A DNA stretch of 64,000 nucleotides, taken from assembly GCA_001600815.1 (NCBI GenBank), contig BCKZ01000011.1:289622-353621 (forward strand), read 5' to 3'. This document shows, piece after piece, positions 58,301 through 64,000 of this stretch. Under the pieces are notes generated by a model that saw only the letters and a program-made list of their open reading frames with translations, was not told the DNA's origin and made no database searches. The first letter of the stretch is position 1, and the number at the start of each line of letters is the position of its first letter. This DNA comes from Alloascoidea hylecoeti. Taxonomy: Eukaryota. Position numbers and translations under genes: made by a program.

Positions 58301-58598
58301 ACCTTACTAATTTAATGCCTTCTTTCGCCTCATTTGATAAACGCAATGCAGACGGGGAACCGGTGTTGAAAACAGTTGAGACTAAAGTTGATATTTCATC
58401 TTTGTCGAGTGCCAAGCGGTAAATAGCACCGGGCAGGAATATAGTTTCCTCGGGTAAGGTGAATATGGGGATTGTGAGGGAAATGTAATCTACAGAAGAA
58501 GCATTCGAAGATCTACTGGGTCCGTCTCCTGATTTGGAAGAGTTTAAAGGATTATCGGCAGACTGGGAGGCGAACAACGGAGGAAGAAACTTCAACAT
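55313..58598 (-). CDS. Peroxisomal Lon protease (LonP2/Pln); complement(join(55313..58030,58101..58598))
   Basis: Walker A GPPGVGKT, GHRRTYVGAMPG, LLDEIDK, catalytic PKDGPSAG and VGGIREK; C-terminal PTS1-like -PRL. The GTAAGT...ACTAAC...TAG intron 58031-58100 joins the Lon N-domain exon in frame. Confidence 0.92.
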
Positions 58599-58849
58599 TT
58601 CTTGAGTACTATAAAGGAAGAGGACTAAGAGCGTGGCGGGGGACTTCTGCTATCGGATTACCCGGACCTCGCGAATACAGATAGATCACATGCCATGTAG
58701 GCTACTAAATCATAAAATCATAAAATTTATTATTTATTACTATTGTAATAATATGTAATAGTTATATATAATGTTTATAATAGTACACCCCACCGTATAG
58801 TTAAATCAAAAAGTATCCCAATGCCCTGTCCTTCAATGAATATACATCA

Positions 58850-59128
58850 CTAGTAAACGCTTGAGCAGGCACCGGAGCTCGTATCGGAGGCTGCATCATT
58901 AAAACCCAAAGTTCCACTGGACGAAGTAGATAGCGTTCTTTCTTTAGAGTTGGGTGGAGAAATATCTGAAGTCAAAGGCAGGAATGATAGATCACTTTTA
59001 GAAGAGCGATCACCATCAACATGACTATTGGTCAATTTGAGGAAAATCATTCCATTTGGTGTAGGTGTTGTGTAACCTGATAATCCTTCAAATTTTGAAT
59101 GTTGATTGGAAATAGTTTGAGCAGACAT
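58850..59128 (-). CDS. Small Ser/Thr-rich hypothetical protein
   Basis: 92 aa ATG ORF with coding-like composition; TATAAAA at about 59251-59257 upstream; no family recognised. Confidence 0.55.
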   Translation of the reverse strand: MSAQTISNQHSKFEGLSGYTTPTPNGMIFLKLTNSHVDGDRSSKSDLSFLPLTSDISPPNSKERTLSTSSSGTLGFNDAASDTSSGACSSVY

Positions 59129-61187
59129 AGTATATGACAGTAGTAGACTGTTAATTTTATTAAATATTGAGATTAAGATTAAGATTGAGATTGAGATTGA
59201 GATTGAGATTGATAAATCACAAACTTAAGACAAAGGGCAGGAAAAGACCCTTTTATAATTTTGGTGATGGCTGTGGGGTTTAACTACTGTAAAATATGCA
59301 CTTATATTTTCAAAAATTATTAAGTGATACAATTAAACCTGGAAAAAACGGCTCATTTTTCTTTTGTTGATTTGTAAACTAATTAAAAAACAGACCCGAT
59401 AAAATCTAATTAATAATCTCTCTTTAATACCTGAATTCTTTCAATTAATATTAATTTGTAAATAATCACGATCATAAGATGCGGCTTTTTTGGTTGCTTT
59501 CCTTCGATATAGTATGATCTTATCTAACAATTATGAGCCCCCTATAAACTCATATCAATAATTTATTATATGGAGATGTTTATTAATTCTGGCAACAGAT
59601 CACATCATTTTATTGAGGTTTAACTTAATTCTGAAAGTCTAACCAGTATTATGTATGCATGCAGAACACATGCTATTTTGGGAACCTTGCGGTCATTGTA
59701 AACGTTCTTCACTATTAATAATATATAAGACATATTTTTAGTAAATTCCACCATTTTTCAAATATGTTGAGTCATTTGAATCATCCTTCAGAAATATTTA
59801 TGAACCTGATAGAAATACTATGACTCATTCAACATGTTATATATCGTCTCATGCTATTATTTTTATAATAAACGTTTGTAACAATTGATTGACCATGTTT
59901 GCCGTGGACTGATGTTATGATTGAAAATATAATAATTTATTCATTCTGGTTTTTAATTATCATTAATCGTTATCTGAATGACTGATAATAAATGAATATT
60001 TCTACATGTAATTAAAAGAAATTATGGTATTGTTATTTTATCCGACTCCATGGCCATAGTTGCAATTACGAGTGACTTAAGAATTTGAATTTCGAGTGGA
60101 TGAAAAGGACATAAGAGAGCTAGAATTCCAGTTTATAATACTTAACTTTCAGTTTGTCACGTAGTAACTATTAGTAATATATCATCATGATCATATTGTG
60201 AGAAGTATGCCAGATACGACATTAGCTTCTACTACTAGTGATTTGATTAGATTTATCTTTTTATATGTTTTACACCACAATTTATACTTATCCAATTAAA
60301 ATGTCAGATGTGTATATTATATTATAGATTCGTATATATAAATGCAGAAATTCATCATTAAGCGCCAAGGGCCGGGCATAGATAGTGGAGGAAACCCAAA
60401 CCCGGGTGAAAGCATACAAAACTTACGGAAAATACAGTTTATTAGATCCTAAAGTTTGATTTATAAGAAGTTATAAAAGTTGCAATTGTGGGGTTAATTT
60501 TAATTACCTTAAGTAATTATACGAATATTGAATAGAGAATTCAGTATATCAAGTTTTTGGTCTATGAATTTACAAGTAAAATCTTTAATTCACAAGACTT
60601 AGAAGTTACCATTGCACCAAAGAACAAAGAGAGAGGGTTGTGATAGTATACAATCGAGTTCATATTTGGTTAATTTCTTGATTATTGTGTTCTAGACATC
60701 CCAGACAGTCTTGATAGAAATTCTATTTTCATTTTTCTTTGTATCGTTCCTTAGATTCATATTTATATTGACCAAACGATAGTATCTTTTAACTCATGTG
60801 CATGAGAACCTTATTATCCAGATCTGGTAGAAATGACGAGCTCAATTAAACGTTAATAATATGCCTATAATCACTTATAAGATGATTAAGATCAACCCCA
60901 CAAAATCCACAATTGCAACCTATAGATAGATCTAAAGCTTTATAGAAAATAAGCAATATCTGACACGCATTGGAATATAAAAAATTTTAAAGATCTATTT
61001 AGAATTTAGAGGTAGAGAAAGGTACTTTTTAGAATGTATTATATATAATTTATAGTCAATTGATAAGATATAACTTATATGTGAAAGTTATCTCAAGCTT
61101 TAAAATAAAATGAATACATCATCAATAATTATTTTTACAGTTACAGTATATTACCGGTAATCCATCATATGAATGATCAAATGTAGA

Positions 61188-63020
61188 TCAAGAAGAACAT
61201 CCACATTGTCTTCCTCTATCATTCTCAGGCACATCTCCAGTTAAAATATTTGTTTCTTCATTTCCAATAAAATCCCAAGATTCTTCAAAAGGATTTACAC
61301 TTAACTTTAAAATTTTCTTTAGGTAATCAATATCATGATCTTGTTGAACTTTTTCAATTAATTCATCAAGTATATGTCCTCTTAATAAAAAATTTGGATT
61401 AAATTTATCCATATCTTCTTTTCTTTTTAAATCATTTGTACGATTTTGTGATTGAAGAACTGGAATATAATGATCTAATATCCATTTTGAAATTAATTCA
61501 TTAGCTTCCTCTAAAGAAAGAATAGGGTATCGACCTCTTTTTAATGGAAAGAAGATTTTTGATAATTCTTTAATTTTATTAAAAGGAATAGGTTTATCAT
61601 TTTCAAATAATTTAACTTTTCCTAATCTTCTAAAAAAATGATTAAAATCGACTTCACATTCTTGCAAAATTCTTAATAATTCATCAATTATTTCTAAAGA
61701 ATCATTACCATTACCATTATCATTCTCATTATTATTATTGATATTAAATCCTAATCTTTTTGAAAAAAAATAATTATATGTTTTAAGAAATTCTTTTTGA
61801 TATTCTTCACCCGCATTTTTAATTTCATTCTCCGCATTTTTTATAATTGTATCAATTAAATTATCTTTAATCCCCTCTTTTTTAAAGAATTCATCTTCTA
61901 ATAATTTTGAATCAGCACCTAATAATTCAGCTAAATTTTCACCTAATCTTGTTAAATTCCACCAAATTGTACTTGGTGTATTTTTATATGAATATCTTAA
62001 TAAACCATCATCATGATTTGGTGTATGATTTTTATCAAATATATCCATAAATGCAAATGGACCAAAATCAATACTAAGACCTAATATTGATACATTATCT
62101 GTATTTAAAACTCCATTCATAAATCCATATACTTGCCACATAGCTGTTGTTTTTGCATTTCTTATAACAATTTCTCGATATAATCTTTGATATTTTGTTT
62201 GGGTTCCAATGGCAGGAACAAGGTTATCTTCACCTCCAAATAATTCTTCAATACAATAATCAGATAATTTTCTTATCCCTGTTCTATCACCCCTCCATCT
62301 ATATAAATCAAACGTTCCAATTCTTATCCAAGATGGTGCCATTCTAGAGACTATAGCACATGATTCAATCCGTTCTCTTCTTGCAAAAGTCTTCGGTAAT
62401 GATGTTAAAGCAATTGCTCTAGTTGATGGAATACCTAAAGCATTCAAATGTTCGGATATAAGGAATTCCCGAATACTTGATCTCAAAACGGCTTTACCAT
62501 CTGCAAATCTTGAATAAGGTGTTAAACCAGCACCTTTAATTTGAACTTCATATCTTTTACTAGAAATAGGATTTAAAGCTTCAAATAAACTAATAACTCT
62601 TCCATCTCCTAATTGTCCAGCAAAATTACCAAATTGCCATCCAGCATAACATTGACTCCAAGGGTAAAGACCATTTGATTCATCCTCAATAATAACTTGT
62701 CCACTTAAAACATCTTTGAAATAATCTGTATCAATCTCACTCAATTGTAATCCTAAATCTTCAACTGCTCTTTCACTAGCAACTAAAAACTCACGATCTT
62801 TATACTCTGTTGGTTTTACCCATGTAAAAGATCCTCCCAATAATTGACGAGGTGTGTGTGTGAGGTTCTCCACATTTTCTTTAGCAGCAGCAATAGTTGG
62901 AATTCTGACATCCGGAGGCATAAATTTCGTAAATGAAGAACTTTTTGGAATCTTAGATAAAGTAGTTAATGTTGAAATTTGCCGTACTGTCAATTTTTGA
63001 GACTTCAGTAAATTCATCAT
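61188..63020 (-). CDS. FMP40: SelO-family mitochondrial protein AMPylase
   Basis: YAGWQFGNFAGQLGDGR, QIKGAGLTPYSRFADGKAVLRSSIREFL, GFMNGVLNTDN, IDFGPF, C-terminal CGCSS. First ATG is 63020. Confidence 0.95.
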   Translation of the reverse strand: MMNLLKSQKLTVRQISTLTTLSKIPKSSSFTKFMPPDVRIPTIAAAKENVENLTHTPRQLLGGSFTWVKPTEYKDREFLVASERAVEDLGLQLSEIDTDYFKDVLSGQVIIEDESNGLYPWSQCYAGWQFGNFAGQLGDGRVISLFEALNPISSKRYEVQIKGAGLTPYSRFADGKAVLRSSIREFLISEHLNALGIPSTRAIALTSLPKTFARRERIESCAIVSRMAPSWIRIGTFDLYRWRGDRTGIRKLSDYCIEELFGGEDNLVPAIGTQTKYQRLYREIVIRNAKTTAMWQVYGFMNGVLNTDNVSILGLSIDFGPFAFMDIFDKNHTPNHDDGLLRYSYKNTPSTIWWNLTRLGENLAELLGADSKLLEDEFFKKEGIKDNLIDTIIKNAENEIKNAGEEYQKEFLKTYNYFFSKRLGFNINNNNENDNGNGNDSLEIIDELLRILQECEVDFNHFFRRLGKVKLFENDKPIPFNKIKELSKIFFPLKRGRYPILSLEEANELISKWILDHYIPVLQSQNRTNDLKRKEDMDKFNPNFLLRGHILDELIEKVQQDHDIDYLKKILKLSVNPFEESWDFIGNEETNILTGDVPENDRGRQCGCSS

Positions 63021-63078
63021 GAATAGTTTCAAAATAAGTTAATTAGAGATTACAAATATTTATACAGGCTGGAGTTGA

Positions 63079-63085
63079 TCACGTG
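63079..63085. promoter_or_regulatory. TCACGTG bHLH (Cbf1/Pho4-type) motif in the short FMP40/DPP3 divergent promoter
   Basis: Motif match only. Confidence 0.3.
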
Positions 63086-63194
63086 GGTATGTGTTTTGTT
63101 CAATATGCTTTTCTTTTGTGTTCTTCTTCTTCTTTCTTTTTATTTAATTGAAAACCCAATTAATATTTTATACTCAACTACAATATTTATAATC

Positions 63195-64000
63195 ATGTCC
63201 GATAATTCTGTGTTTTTAGCTGATAAAGACGCACCAGTTTGTTATCTTGATGTGAAAACCCATTTTAATGCCTTATCCCTTAAACAGAAATTCTATGCGC
63301 ATCATTTTTCAAGAGCTTCTCATTGGGGAACAAGAGTAATCTTAAGACAAGTTAGTTTTGAAAGTGAATCAATTTATGATATAATTATTTTAATTCATAA
63401 ATCAATTGAAGGAAATTATTCAAAATTAGATGATTTAATCGATAAAAAAGAAACTAAATTATATTTAGAATACGCGGCACAATTTTTATCAAATTTAGGA
63501 AACTTTAAATCGTTTGGTGATGTTAAATTTATTCCTGGAATTTCAATTGAAAATTTTGAAAAAATTGCTTCTATTGATGAAAAATCCAAGGAATTGTTTA
63601 ATAATGTTAAAGAGGCAATTTATTCAATTGAACCTGCTGCTTCTACTTTATTAGGTTATTCTGAATTAGGACACGTTACAAGTTATTATAAAGGATCAAT
63701 TACTAAAGATGAAATTGAAAAGATACATAAGGAATCTGTATCTCGTGGTATTTTACCTGAAAATACTAGGATTTTTAAAACTGAAGATGGCAAGTTTGAT
63801 TTATTGATTGCATCTGGAGATAAAACAAGTGATGCGTATCCAGATTCATCTTTTGAAGTTGAAACTGTTGGAACTGTTAATGTTGTCTATGGAGATTCTT
63901 ATAAAGAATTTACTCATATTGCTAATGAGCTTGAAAGTGCTATAAAGTATGCGGGAAATCCAATTCAAGTGAGAATGATAAGTGAATATGTCAAATCTTT
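63195..64000 (+). CDS. Dipeptidyl peptidase III (M49), 3'-truncated by window edge
   Basis: Not in the ORF track (no stop). Translates MSDNSVFLADKDAPVCYLDV...YAHHFSRASHWGTRVILRQVSFES...YAAQFLSNLGNFKSFGDVKFIP...LPENTR, typical DPP III. Confidence 0.92.
   Translation, partial: MSDNSVFLADKDAPVCYLDVKTHFNALSLKQKFYAHHFSRASHWGTRVILRQVSFESESIYDIIILIHKSIEGNYSKLDDLIDKKETKLYLEYAAQFLSNLGNFKSFGDVKFIPGISIENFEKIASIDEKSKELFNNVKEAIYSIEPAASTLLGYSELGHVTSYYKGSITKDEIEKIHKESVSRGILPENTRIFKTEDGKFDLLIASGDKTSDAYPDSSFEVETVGTVNVVYGDSYKEFTHIANELESAIKYAGNPIQVRMISEYVKS

Noticed and set aside
25071..60920. Recurrent TGCAATTG/CAATTG and TACATGTA words in intergenic DNA
   Set aside because: Short AT-rich palindromic words; enrichment cannot be established without a background model.
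1..64000. tRNA, rRNA, intact transposons or LTRs
   Set aside because: No recognisable cloverleaf, rRNA, transposase/RT motifs or TG..CA paired LTRs seen by eye; small ncRNAs could have been missed.

Overview
AT-rich eukaryotic (fungal) DNA. It is most consistent with an intron-containing, early-diverging budding yeast (Saccharomycotina). The evidence is yeast-type XYL2, cyclophilin H, peroxisomal Lon, 14 short GT-AG introns, and a CTG codon at a conserved Leu position. About 24 protein-coding genes or gene fragments are recognisable. Two things stand out. (1) At the left end an XlnR/Xyr1-type Zn-cluster regulator (C-terminal part) sits next to divergently transcribed xylulokinase and xylitol dehydrogenase genes. 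Their shared promoter carries CGG-type Zn-cluster motifs and a Mig1/CreA site, which makes this a candidate self-regulated xylose-catabolism gene cluster. (2) There is a locally expanding and decaying family of small Gly-rich, low-complexity proteins (ERG + glycine-zipper, YNL208W-like). It has one copy at 25 kb and a co-oriented array at 44-52 kb that includes zipper-less pure G/Q-repeat derivatives, an RGG/D-repeat variant and degenerating copies. The rest is housekeeping: RIP1, UBR-type E3, WW protein, UBP, cyclophilin H, CAB2, SAM50, CinA/MoCF-like, Mid2-like, MED7, arrestin/Bul1-like, Smr protein, peroxisomal Lon, FMP40/SelO and DPP3. There is also a 148-bp hairpin and sharp local GC peaks. 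All family assignments come from motif recognition by eye; no database searches were run.
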